DNA of 64,000 nucleotides from Tubulanus polymorphus. Its lineage: Eukaryota > Animalia > Nemertea. Positions 11,401 through 23,027 of this stretch are shown here, piece by piece. The notes below the pieces were generated by a model. That model did no database searches. It saw only the letters and a program-made list of their open reading frames with translations, and was not told where the DNA came from. The stretch lies in contig NC_134032.1 in assembly GCF_964204645.1 (NCBI RefSeq), positions 9,226,275-9,290,274 of the forward strand, written 5' to 3'. The translations under genes were made by a program, and so were the position numbers. Numbering within the stretch: the first letter of the stretch is position 1; the number at the start of each line of letters is the position of its first letter.

Positions 11401-13230
11401 ATACAGAATAAATCATACAGAAAACAAACAGAGTCTCATGTTTTTATTTATGGTTGATAAGTCATAAAATCTTGCATATGAATGTGAAAAATTCCGTCCA
11501 TGCTATTCCCGACTATGGTCGGGTAAAAATATACTGACGATTTTGACCCCCAATCCCTAATAATTTTATTCAAAAAATATTTCAAATGCACCCACCTTAG
11601 TCCCTGGATTACCAGTGAATTCCTCAGTAGCTGGATAATCTGGGTGATCTTCTTCAGTCACATAAATCCATGGGGGCTCATCAAATTTTGAGGGGTCGAC
11701 AGGGTCCGGTGCATCTCCAGCCCCCTGTTCCGGATCTGGCATGTCAACAACATCGTTGTTTACAAGCGTCGATTCATCTACTAAGCTATCCTCGTCATCT
11801 GTGGTATCGCTCTGTACATAGCTGTCTCCTGAGGACACATTACTTTCACTTTCCCCATCACTAATGTCATGAGTTATGATGTTATTCATAAAACTGAAGA
11901 CCCCACTTCTCGTTTCCCTGGGGGCCGCCATCTTTGATATTTTTACGAAGTGACGCTCAAGCTAGCGACCACTATGCATTAGAAAGTCAGCGGTCCAAAA
12001 ACGGAACTTCGTAGACGAAATGGCGATACATACGGGTCTCTGAATGTTGATACATTGTTCTCCCGACTGTGGTCGGGAATAGCAAATATACGTTATTCCC
12101 TTCCCGACCACACTCGGGAAACGCACAGTAAGGGTTAAACCTTTACCATCTGACAATTTTTTGCCCCGCCAGTTTGTTTTTAGGGTTCGACACCTTGTTC
12201 CGCATCTCTTCTGGACATGGCCAAGACACTCTAATTTCTCCAAAGAAACATCAGGACCATATGGTTGACACTCTTGGACTTTCGCAAATGTTGAGGAATC
12301 CCCATCGCCTAACATTTTTGTGTATCGAAGACCTCGGTTTATTTCGGATCGAGTGAAGATTCGAACGGCACCAACATTTTCCATGCTGCTGGCAGAGCCT
12401 TTATGATTTATCTTACACACTGGAGGATGAGTTGCTAACCAGTTTCTGTAAGATAAAGACTCTTTGTCTACGGTTGTACTGTTCATATTTTGGCAAGATT
12501 TGCATTTGTCCGAGAGAACTTCTACATCTAGACACTTTTTGTTGCCGCCGACTGCCAAACAAGTTACCAGTCCATTGTGTGAAGTACGTCCACGCTTTTG
12601 CCAGGAGCCATCAGTTGATACACATATATCTCTTGTACCATCCTCACTTATTTCATAAGCTGCCGCATTCATCGAATCTTCAGCAAGAGCTTTATAGGCT
12701 TTATGAAGATGTTGCTGGATTCTTGAATAATTCTTCTTCGTCATTGGTGGTGGCATGTTCAAGAAACGACAGAAGTCAACTATAGCATTTCTACCTTTGC
12801 CAAATTCACGAAACGCAGCTGCAACTCGTAAATTAACTTCAAAATACTGACTTTTGGTTTGACTAGTGGTCTTTTCTGAGGTAAATGTACTAATACACCA
12901 GTCACAAGAGTCACTAAAACCCGATACACAGAACTTATGGGCAAGTCCATTCTTCGCAGATAGATCGATGAACATGTTGACATTTGACCCACAGTCAGGA
13001 CATGAAATTAATTCTTTTAAAAAGTTTTTCAAAGTATTAATGTTGAAAAGCACAAATCCTTCATCACAGTGGTTGTTTTCATCATTCAGATTGTATTTAT
13101 CATCCAGATCTCCCAATTTCGAATGTGTTGATTTATTTTCATGGGCGCCGCCATTTTGAATTTTCTTTCTATATTGATTCCCCTTGAATTTAGGCTTTTT
13201 CTTACTCTTTTGGTTCTTTCTGTTTGCCAT
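8486..13230 (-). CDS. DDE transposase (DGSWQKRG family, often labelled Mutator-like); join 13230-12135 + 9147-8486 = 585 aa, interrupted by piggyBac-2
   Basis: Motifs DGSWQKRG, LGDGDS, KLECLGHVQKR, TQNGNE. The junction reads DGKGLSGRGRLTDTKIDILQNYFGIALRNN in frame. The joined length is 1758 nt with no internal stop. Confidence 0.9.
9152..12134 (-). mobile_element. piggyBac-2 DNA transposon (2983 bp)
   Basis: Perfect 13-bp TIR CCCTTACTGTGCG (9152-9164 / 12122-12134) and TTAA TSD at 9148-9151 and 12135-12138. Confidence 0.95.
9778..11931 (-). pseudogene. piggyBac transposase (PGBD4-like), two exons (11931-11596; 11382 onward), two frameshifts
   Basis: Motifs SVDETMVKFKGR, PKKPTKWGMK, YADRYF, YNRNMGGVD, and CRD CVVC...CGTC...HPEC...YH. 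Phase-0 GT-AG intron at 11595-11383. Frameshift in a T10 run at ~10312-10321 and another near 10100-10140. Confidence 0.85.
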
Positions 13231-15419
13231 AACCAGTTAAATGTTTATCTCTGGACTGTTGTATATCTTTTTTATGTTGATTCCAGTCTTGATTGGTATC
13301 AGAAATCAATATATATATCGTAAAATATTCAATCCGAGCACAAAGTGTAGACAATAAACTTCTCGAGTTACTGCAGACACAGCGCAATGGCCTTTGTGTC
13401 CTCATAAGGAATCTTTGCTGATTCCAATAAAACAAGAACTGGTTGATGAAATGTCGAAATTTTTAAAAAAATATCTTGAAAAATCAAGGTTTTACAGGGT
13501 TCCAAACCCGTTGCTATGCGTATCCAAGGACAAATGAATTTGCCAATTTTTTTTCAAAATCAAATTTTAGCATAGAAAATCATTTTTTTCTTATCCAAAC
13601 CACCAGAATATGATAATTAACAGTCTTAACTAGTTAATACTTCCCAAAATTGAAAAATCATAATAATTTTACTTTTCTTCGATTTGTGGGGTACTACCAC
13701 CTTAAATAGGCGTTGCTCATGAGCAACAGGGGCCAGTAGCGGGTTTAACATCATCAGGCCACCCATTCAAAGCCACCATGCCCTCAAAATCGCGTATAAA
13801 TCTGCTTAAATCGCCTGAAGCCTTCCCACTAAATGCCTGAAGCTTGGGAGGATGCAGAACGGGTTGGGAAAAATGTAGAACCGAATGTACAGTGTCAGTA
13901 CAACGGGGTGAGCGTGGAATCGTTGTCGGGGGAAAAGTAGGCGCTGGAGGTACAGGCGCCGCAGGGGTGTCATGAACATTTCCCCACCCAGCACAATCAC
14001 TACGAGAAACTGTCATCCATGTAGGGACAGACCAAGTCGTTGTGGCAGGGGTGGTGTGTAAAGTATGGGGAACATCTACGGGGGTAGAGTAACAGGGCGC
14101 GAGTGCAGAAACAACGTTAGAGTAAGGTAAAACACGTCCACTTTATTTGCGGTACTAGATGAGAGAGCACGAGATAAAAACGAGCGAGAGAGTTTAGCTA
14201 TAAATATAAGTATAAATATATCTTCCTAACCAGCTAGGCATTGGGATAGCAGCTGACAATATATGTTGATTGATCTGTGCTGATTATAATGAGTGGGATA
14301 GTTGATATATGCCAACGTGTAGGTCAAAAATGTTGACATGCTCATACCTCCAACTAGTACCCTCAGTATTGTGTTGTTCCAGTAATTGGATCATTTTATT
14401 CTTAGCCCGTTCTTAGAGCTCATCAAACTGATTTTCATTGAACGCATTTCAAGAATGGTACACCGTCTACATCATTTTCAAGCACAACATGAATGCTGGT
14501 GAACCATTTTATCCCACCCAATCTTCTTAAATCATCCTTAAGAAGTCAGATGAGATGTGTGTGTTTATGTCATTGAGTGAAAAACTTGAATAGATCAAAT
14601 TTATCACTTTCAGTAGACAGGAGTTCATACTTGCCAAATGAGGGCGAGGGTTTCCTCACTGAGATCAGGGAGTTCCTCCCACTCCCATTCCCCTTGTATA
14701 TCTGCTGTTGGTGGTGTCTGTTTTTCAATGTTCACCATAGCTACTGCTTCCTTATTGCAGCCATTGGTGGCTCCACCCTCCTTGCCACCAGGACATGGGG
14801 CTCTTTACGCAAAACAGGTGTACTGGCGATCGTCATACACCGTTCACAAAAAGACCTCTCCGCATTTCTCGGCATATAGGTTTGAAATAAGTGTGTACGT
14901 GCTTCACATGGCATGATCGAAATTGTTATGCCCAAATCTTTCCCTCATGGGTAGACCTACTGATCCAAGTAAAATTTTTTCATCGATTTGTCATTGAGTC
15001 AAATAAGAGGTAATTGAATAATATAATTATGATAATGATGATAATAGTAATACACAATACACAATGGAATGACCTGTATGGGGATGTCAGTCTGTACTAA
15101 AATATCGAGATGTTTGATGTATTTCCCGATTGAATAGTTTGGGTGTATGCTGAAGATCAGGAACTATATCTAGGGAGTTGGGTTTATCAGGGGTTTGACC
15201 GAAGAATTTTACAAAGGTTTGGCGGGTTCTGAGACAACAAAACTACTTATTCGAGATGATGTCTTGAACAAGTGTGACCCCAAATTATTGGAGACTATTT
15301 TACTCGTGGGAGTCATCATAGAAAACTTCAAGTGATTCTCATATCACAAACCCTTTTTCCGAGACGACCGCATTTCCGAGCTATATCTTTAAACATGCAT
15401 TATATAGTTCTATTCAAGC

Positions 15420-16620
15420 ATCCTAGAGATCAACTCCCAAGTGAAAACTACAGATGCAGTCTGGATTAGGCAAATCGCTTGAGGAAGCGTTATGCGATGC
15501 TACCTTAATTTTTCCACGTGGATATCTATTTTGCGATTTCAAACCACAAACTTTGGTGACCATATATAGTCCTCTATTCCAACAGCCCTGCATGCCCTGG
15601 TCAAAAAATTGTTTTTTTTTCAGCGGGGCCGTCAGCAGTTTCAATTTGTCTCTAAATATCTCCATTATATCTAATGAGTGGTGTAGTGTACAGGGAAGAG
15701 CTGATATCCAATCTAAAAACTTTCTATGCTTTGGATACTTAGTTTTCAATACCTGTGAATCATACCGGGGATAAAGGAATGCATAAATATATATCTCCCC
15801 ATCGCCTTCAACCTTTGCATTTGTTCTGCCTCTGGAGAATGTATTGAGCGCTGATACATCAACTGTATTGGTATGGACATATATGAATGATCAAAATTCA
15901 GGGTCTCATTTAAGTATCTCGTTATATTCATGCTTTCCATAAGTTTTTTGTGATGTGCATGGTTTTCAGAAATTATGAGAAATTATGGATCAACTTTGAG
16001 TGGCCTAATATTTACTTTTTGACACAACCGGTTTTAATTTTCATTCGCATACATCATGTATACATGTTGATACCTGTTTGCAGATCTTCTGGTGATCCTT
16101 GAAATGGGGCATAGCCACAAGCCTTCCATACACCTAACACTGTTCTGAGTGTCCTTCCTCACCTCTTCATTGATTGAAATATCTGCGTGATGCCGCCCTC
16201 AATATCAATTCCCCCAACCTAATCAGAACTGACCTTTTTCAAGATCTATTTGTTGGTCCATTTAGGTCTTTATGTCCGCTAAGGGTTTTTTATGGCACCT
16301 TTGTTCTTGGCACCTCTAAAGGTCTTTTCTGTTGAATGTCTTATCATATGGAACGCATTTCAGAGACACAGACAAACTGATTATCTACCTTTGTCTCATC
16401 GAATTGTCATTTCTGTTGAATGATATATCGTCATTTGTGGAATGGTATCAAAGGCTTTTGCTGGATAAATGAATACAATATGAGTTTCGCGGCGTCTAAA
16501 CCGTGCTTGGCTTATGGCCCTTTGCACCAATTTAATATTTTTAACACAGCCGTCCATCGGGGTGAATGCTTTTTTCCCAGATTCACCAAATTCTTTAGCA
16601 TTCATCCATTATTGGGAGAG
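15420..16620 (-). mobile_element. Decayed non-LTR retrotransposon RT remnants (R2/NeSL-like)
   Basis: KAFTPMDGCVKN...ARFRRRETHIVFIYPAKAFDTI resembles the RT motif F.D..KAFD preceded by DGC.EN. LKLLTAPLKKKQ resembles the R2-type APLKPQQ thumb motif. Confidence 0.55.
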
Positions 16621-17097
16621 TATTGTCCCCATATGAGTTAAGCTTGTTCACATAACCAGACTGTCATTGCTAGTACCCACAATTTGAAACCCCATTTTTT
16701 CAGCTTGTTTTTATGTACACCTTCAACCTATGTCTCCCTAAGAAGGGTACAATCTGTTCGTCAATGGTGTAACAACTTTTTTGACCTTGCATTGCTCTAT
16801 AAGCTTTTATTCTGTTTGTTTATAATTTTTCTGCATTTGTAGAATCAGTCATACCCTGGTCTATCTAACTCTAGTTGAAGTGTATTGTCTCTAGCATAGA
16901 GGAATGAAATTTAGATTATTTACGCCGGCAATCGAATCACCCGCAGTTTCGCTCGTTTGCCTGCACTCGGCGAATTGCCCCGAGTGATCCATCTTTATCA
17001 ACCAATAGGATGCATTGTTGAAATTCGGTTTGATCGCTGTGCTGTTATTATGCTCTTCCTGCACAACGTTTTTATATACGTTCTTTTTTCGTTTCAG

Positions 17098-19360
17098 ACA
17101 AGATCTCGTAACGGTGATTAACAAATGTCTCGGCTCGTCAGAACATCGTTTGAGAGGTCTGAACCTGTTGACACACCTCATCGAACAGTGCTCGCCGGAA
17201 ACCTACAACGACAACGCCACCTCTTGGTCGAATCAGTTACTGCAACTGTTACTCGGTTACTCCGATTCGCGGATCTACCACGAGATGGCGTGCGTCGTGT
17301 TGTCGCAAATTCTTTCATACGCCGGGGAATTCCCGGATGTAAATCGTTCGCTAGCCTCGTCGGTCATCCCGCAGTTGATCACGTATTTGATTAACTCTAA
17401 AGAGGCACGGTCTAGCGGCCAAGTTGTGTTAGAGTGTCTGAAATCATGTTTGGTGAATTTTCCCGGTGCATGCGGTAGCGCGCGTAACAAAATCGAAACT
17501 TTCTTGTGGCACCACCTACTGGAAGGCAACGATACCGATCGAGAAATTGCCGCTGTCTGTTACGTGTTGTTACCTGGCTGCGGAGGCGGAGGACATCAGA
17601 GTATAAAACACACGGAAGCCTGGAACGGGCAAATTCGAAAAATTCTGAATACGCTTAACCGAGCTCTGCGTCTGCTCTACGCTGCGGCGAACCCGGAAGA
17701 TATTTCAATCGAAGATGGCGCCACGGAGCCAACCGATGATGTCGTAACGCAAATTTTCGCTCTTCCTGACGAGGAGCCGCGCAAAGCACTGACCTTGACC
17801 GATCGGTTCGGCTTGTTGTGCTCGTGTTTGCGAAGGATTCTGGACACGAAGACGAATTTCACTGTCAGCGCACCGATCGAAAAGATTTTGGATTTCGTGT
17901 GCCATGGTTTGTCGGTCGATGGACGAGCGTTGGTCACGCGCCCGACGACAGAGCGGTTGTTTTTGGCCGGTGTCGCAGTCGAAATTCACCATGAGACTCT
18001 CGCCTGTTTGAAGTCGCTAATTCGCAGCTGCCGCGGCGCCGTCTACGAGCATTCGCAGACTATCAATCGCATGATTGCTCAATCGTTACGTTGGACGATC
18101 GCCGAACCGATTCCCGGCCAGACTCGACCGCTGTCCGTTCTGCGCGTGGCTGCGTACGAAGCGATGTCTACCTGGATCACGGTCGCCGGCGAGTCTAGTG
18201 GTTTAGACCGCATGGTCGGTGAAATCATCGAACATATTATTTCAGACGCGAAACCGGGCGATGACGCGTGGGTGCTGATGAAATCGACGGATGACGCGGT
18301 GTCGGCGTCGAAACACGGGAATAAACGACGCAAGAAGTCGGCGGCCCCTGAAACGAATCAAATTCTGATGAAGAAAATCGACCCGTGCGCGAATTTAGAT
18401 CTTTGTTCATCGGCGCTGAAATGTTTGAAATCGTTGCTGCTGTCGGCGGCGTCATCGCTCCAGTCGACTCATCTCACGCGCGTCGACGAATTCCTGATCG
18501 TCGAGATTTTGCGCATGCAGCAGCAAAACCCACATGCGGGCTTGTACGTGAGCGCCACATGTCGCACGAATTTGTACGACGCGTTGAAAGCGCGCGTGCT
18601 CGTGTCGCATGCGACAATTGCCCCGCCCATCGCCTGCGCGTGGCGTTTGTTCAGCACCGGGCGTCGTGACGCGTCGCCCACAGTCGCGACGGTCTGCGCG
18701 GAAGGCTCCGCGATTTGCAACTCGGTAATTCATCCGCGGATGCCTCCGATCGGTGCCGGCAAACGGACGGCTCCGAGGCAGACGGACACTGTGCCTGACA
18801 ACCTGTTGACATCCGTGTTCAACTGGAGACAAAATAAATCGTCTGCTACTTTGACAAAATCGGTAAACATGGAAATGGATGCCGATGAGGGCGGAATTCT
18901 TACCGAAAATCGAAATAAATCTCAAAATTTGATCTTGGATGAAAATTCGAAAGAGTCCAAGGTTTCAACACGCAAGAATATGCCTGCGCAAACCGATATT
19001 CATGAACCGCGCCCTTCTACGAGTAGAATGGAGGTTGATGTCAGTGAGAAGACAGCCGGGTCCTCCTCAGATGAGGATGAAGACGACAGCGGCGGTGAAG
19101 ATGGCGATGATAGGGAATCAGAGGAACGCGATCATATGTCTCCTCGGAGAAGTGATGAAGATGAAAGTAACAAAAAAACGGTTGTGGCGACCAAAGTCGA
19201 AGTTATTTCAATTTCAGAAGCGGCTGTTACTGCACGAGAAGATGCGGACTCGGATAAGGCTGACTCCGACGACGTGGTAGGCTCAGATAAGGCTGGCTCG
19301 GACGATGCAGCCGAAGAAATGCTCGCCGCGTTCGTGGATGCCGGACCGGACTCCGATTAG
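17098..19360 (+). CDS. PELP1: PELP1/Rix1-like protein (large terminal exon; upstream exon not located)
   Basis: Long helical ORF with LESCL..FPGACGS-like and C.S.IHPR.PP motifs, an acidic low-complexity tail and C-terminal MLAAFVDAGPDSD, as in PELP1. Strong acceptor ttttttcgtttcAG at 17096-17097. Confidence 0.85.
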
Positions 19361-19892
19361 AAAGCGGACTGTAAACACTTAGTCAAAACCGACAATTGAA
19401 ATGATTTAAGAAAAAACCCACTTACGGAAGTTTTTTTTATTCTTCGATAAAATACATCGTTTTGAGAGAGGAAATGAAATTGTTGAATTTTTAATATTCG
19501 GGGGTTTTACAACTTTTTTCTGGGAGAAAAGAAGAGCTTTTTAGAGGGATCTTTTCGAAACCCTTTCAAACGGTCAATTGAAGCTATCGCAAGAAGAAAT
19601 TAACAGAATGAAACAGTCCTTTTGACCTCCACCGGGTCCGTTCCGAAACTTACATTATAAATGGTCTTCACCTGGTTTTACACGATTTTCCTATTATCCC
19701 CATTGCAAAGAGCCCGTGCCTTCCAGTGAGTAAGTTATTACTGAGAAGATTGTAGAATGTTATAGAATTGTAATATGTTTATTAGTCCGTAAAGCCAAGT
19801 GTTGATTAAAACATTTGAAATGAATTTATTCTGGATAATCCGATATCCAGAGTCTTTGAAGAAGTGTGAATTAAGGACCGACGGTCGCAGTA

Positions 19893-20046
19893 GGGGTCAT
19901 TCATTTATTATGTACGCATTAGTGGAGGGGGAGGGGTCAGTGCAATTGCGTTCTGTAATGCTTAATGTGTATGAAAAAATGGCCGATTTTGGCCTGAGGG
20001 GTAGGGGGTTGAAAATTTTATGCGTAGGTAATAAATGAATGATCCC
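19893..20046. mobile_element. PIF/Harbinger-like MITE
   Basis: TIR GGGGTCATTCATTTATTA / TAATAAATGAATGATCCC with GTA on both sides (3-bp TSD). Confidence 0.65.
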
Positions 20047-20117
20047 GTAGTTCAGGTGAATTCGGGAGACTGTAGCTTATAGAGAGGACGCGTATTAGAT
20101 ATTGATACACGTCGCTG

Positions 20118-21248
20118 TTAACCCTTTCTCCCGCATTGCGTGCACCGTCTTTCCCGTAGTTTGTAACAGCAGATCATACCCAGCGGAAAACACAGGACGC
20201 AGAGAAATATTCCACACCAGGTGAATTTGCGTTTGTAGCTGCCATTCTGAAACGTTAAAAAAGGCGCAAGTTACTATATTATAAGACTGTTGTGACGCTT
20301 AGAAGCTTCAGTCGTTGTCGTCTGAAACCTTTGGAAGGTTTGGAAAGTCCAGAGAGACAAGAAGTGGTTGCTCTAAATTGCATATCGTAGTTTATTTCCA
20401 ACTTGGAATGAATAGGTAGGACAACCTCAAGACCAAGGGGCTAAGCTTGATAGGGAGATTTCACTGTGAAAAAGAATAGCAAAGAATGGCTTTAAGGGCA
20501 CAATTCAATTGTCACATATTATAAAAAGGGCAGGCACAAATGGCCAAAAATCTTATAACGGGCACGTTCATACTGCGAAAAATTCTGAAAACTTCACAAT
20601 TCATGTGCCCTTTTGAAAAAGTGTGCTACCCCTGGATTTGGGACTGGAACCCACCACCACTCGGAAGTGAGTCACCCAATCCACGGAGACGGCACCTTAC
20701 ACCGAGAACAAACGAACTGGATCTTGAAGTCGGTCACAACGAGGTGCCATTGTATTTATTATTCTAACTTACATTAACCCTTTCACTATTGACGAATTAA
20801 TGAATAACAGACATACCACTATAATGTGTCTACCCCGCAGTGCAGTGTATCGTTAGTTACTAATATTTCACGATGTTTGGCAAGAGCTGCCATCTTTCAT
20901 TGAAGATAAATTAACTAATGATATGGATACAGTGCGGTGTGCTAGCAAAGTCCATCACCGATTTATACACCGCACTGCGGTTAAGGTTTTAGTCCCTGTA
21001 GGATTATAATCCAAGTCGATAGTAATGGAGGTTTGAAATGTAGATTTTTGCGTATAAAATAAGCGGTCACACTTAACGAACCTCGCACGTTGGACATTTG
21101 TCACTGACAGTAACATCCAGGTTTGCCGTCTGCTGTTGTTGTTGTTGCTGTTGCTGGGATACGGTCGTCTGATCCCGTTGAGTCGTTATGGTAACGGTTG
21201 CCGTTTCCGGCGGGTCCAACCCATATGCGGTTGAATAGGAGAACGCAC
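20118..21248 (-). CDS. BRI3-like membrane protein, paralogue B (exons 21248-21082 and 20246-20118; first exon not found)
   Basis: Spliced translation ...QQQQQQQQTANLDVTVSDKCPTCE|NGSYKRKFTWCGIFLCVLCFPLGMICCYKLRERRCTQCGRKG*. It has the CxxC - hydrophobic FPxG - CC - RCxxC pattern of BRI3 and the same intron phases as paralogue A. Confidence 0.8.
20778..20980 (+). mobile_element. Truncated copy of the piggyBac MITE at 44683
   Basis: Begins TTAACCCTTTCA and shares gcagtgtatcgttagttactaatatttcac and cagtgcggtgt with 44683-44971. Confidence 0.75.
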
Positions 21249-23027
21249 CTGATACAAACCACGTGAGAATAGAAATGATTAATTGTATTGCACGACGAAG
21301 CAGTCTCGAGTTTAGGTTTGACCGCGGTTAAAACGTTTGAAATCTGAACTTGTATTTGTATTTTATTTGCTATGTCATAAAGAACATAGTAACAAATGTA
21401 GTAACACATGTGAGAAAAGATAACAATGAGGTTGCCAGGGACCGGAAGAATCCAGAGATTATCGAGTCGGGTCCTTGTCAATGACAAATAGACAAATAAA
21501 GAAAAACAAACTGTATTTGGCGGAATAGCTCCGAAATAGCTCTGTATTACTTCCGAAATAGCTCCGAAAGTCGAACTTGTCGAACTCGCTGTTGAACTGG
21601 GTCCTTGATGTTACATTTGATGCCGGTTGAATTTCCAATATATAATGGAAATGAATTTACGGCGTAAGGTCTATATCACTCAAAACTGTAATCAGTAACC
21701 TGTCTGTGGTTTTAGTTTAACGATCGGATATATTCACATACCACATGGTATTATAAGCTCATCCGATTATAAAAGCTTACCACCAACTAACTATCAAAAC
21801 GGTGGACGAATTGTCCTACTTCGGGGATGGAGGACAAGGAAAAGTATGATTCATTTATACAATCGATTTTAGCCAATCATTATTATTACGATCCTACCTG
21901 CTGGATTAGCCATATCGTTACACCCAGTTCTGAAAAAAATAGTGGTGAAAATGTTACGATTCTAATCCCCGCTTATTTTCAAATTCGAAAGGCCAAATTG
22001 ATCAGAAACGTTGGACTTAAAACTTCAATTTGTTAATTTGTGCTTAGACCTTCGCGATATCACGGATATCGCTCGGAGGCTAAAAACTTTCCTTGGGGAA
22101 GGTACTCCAGTTTCAATCAGATTAAAAATGAACCCTCCAACATGAAACCGGCCTGAGAGCAAGTTATACGAAGCTCAGAGATTGATAAGCTCAGTATTGT
22201 CATTAAAAGACTATTAGTGTCAGTATGATATTATATTTTTCCGAACGATATGTGAGTTTGGTCCTGGTAGTGAAGGCCGGGTTCAACTTACCTGCGTAGA
22301 AACCGCAAACTCAATCTTAATTAAAGCAGTCTGATCAGTCTGTTTCAAACATCCAGGAACTGAAATATTCCTAAAAATGTTCTAATGGATAGAGGATGTA
22401 CGAATGCCAATTGATAGAAAACACCGACCGGTTCCGATTGCCACAACCATTTAACTGTATCCAAACAACCACCGAAACAACCATTTAACTGTAGCCAAGG
22501 TGAATGCAAATAAATACATTTACAAATGTATTATCGCACTATAATGAGGAAACAGGATCGCGCGTTGACATAAATGGAATTTACCTTTTTGTACGAGCTT
22601 GGATTAATGTGTTTGCAAAATCAACATCGTTAAAACGAAATTATATACGGTACTGGGAATTTGCGCTTTTTAAACCTTGAAATAGGGGTTGAACCTGACA
22701 TTTATTTGATTGGTAGATTTCGTTTGATTTTTATTTTATTTGGTGTCCTACCCACCACATCTGATGCCGGGAGTGAAACAGGGGGTTTGATTTTGAAATC
22801 GGAAATCGAAGTATTTGTGATCGGCGGTCAAATTTATAGAATTGTGTGTTTAAATGGAAGAACATAATTGGGAAATTCGGTTCTGTTTCATTCAAACAAT
22901 CTTCCAACTTATAGTCTGATCCGGCAGGTAACTAAATGAGGTTAACTTAGTTGGCTGATTAATGATCATAGGCCTATAGGAATTCATTGATGTAGATTTC
23001 TCGGAAACGCGAAATTTTCATTATTTA

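Larger units (their letters stand above)
7888..13701 (-). mobile_element. Kolobok-type DNA transposon (about 2.83 kb net of piggyBac-2)
   Basis: Perfect 20-bp TIR GGTGGTAGTACCCCACAAAT (7888-7907 / 13682-13701), flanked by TTAA (7884-7887, 13702-13705). GG..CC termini with a TTAA TSD fit the Kolobok superfamily. Confidence 0.8.
5686..13744 (-). mobile_element. piggyBac-1 DNA transposon (about 2.24 kb net of nested inserts)
   Basis: TTAA at 5682-5685 and 13745-13748. Termini CCCCCTAC / GTAGCGGG(T) form an imperfect TIR. Palindrome GTTGCTCATGAGCAAC at 7820 and 13712, with variants at 5860 and 7544. Removal rejoins gag in frame. Confidence 0.8.
2903..14140 (-). mobile_element. Non-autonomous Gypsy/Ty3-like LTR retroelement (decayed gag, pol mostly deleted), split by piggyBac-1
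   Basis: Gag motifs PKLQAFSG..DLSRFIRDFE..ALNGWPDDV (13745-13860) join in frame across TTAA to NANIIPAYLTGVARDYY (left of 5682). Also GLRPDRRKFVLMQQPETVEEAV, a CCHC knuckle CDFCHREGHVRDTC (~5110-5151) and a PPT at 2907. No RT/RNaseH core is seen. Confidence 0.8.

Noticed and set aside
11962-12134. C-terminal 57 aa of the 422-aa ORF as part of the transposase
   Set aside because: This is read-through into the piggyBac-2 end; the true continuation is at 9147.
17015-17097. Signal-peptide-like N-terminus (MLKFGLIAVLLLC) on the PELP1 ORF
   Set aside because: It begins at TTG and runs through a polypyrimidine tract and AG acceptor, so it is translated intron.
20118-20130. TTAACCCTTTC as a piggyBac terminus
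   Set aside because: It is the reverse complement of the last codons and stop of BRI3-like paralogue B, and no partner TIR is evident.
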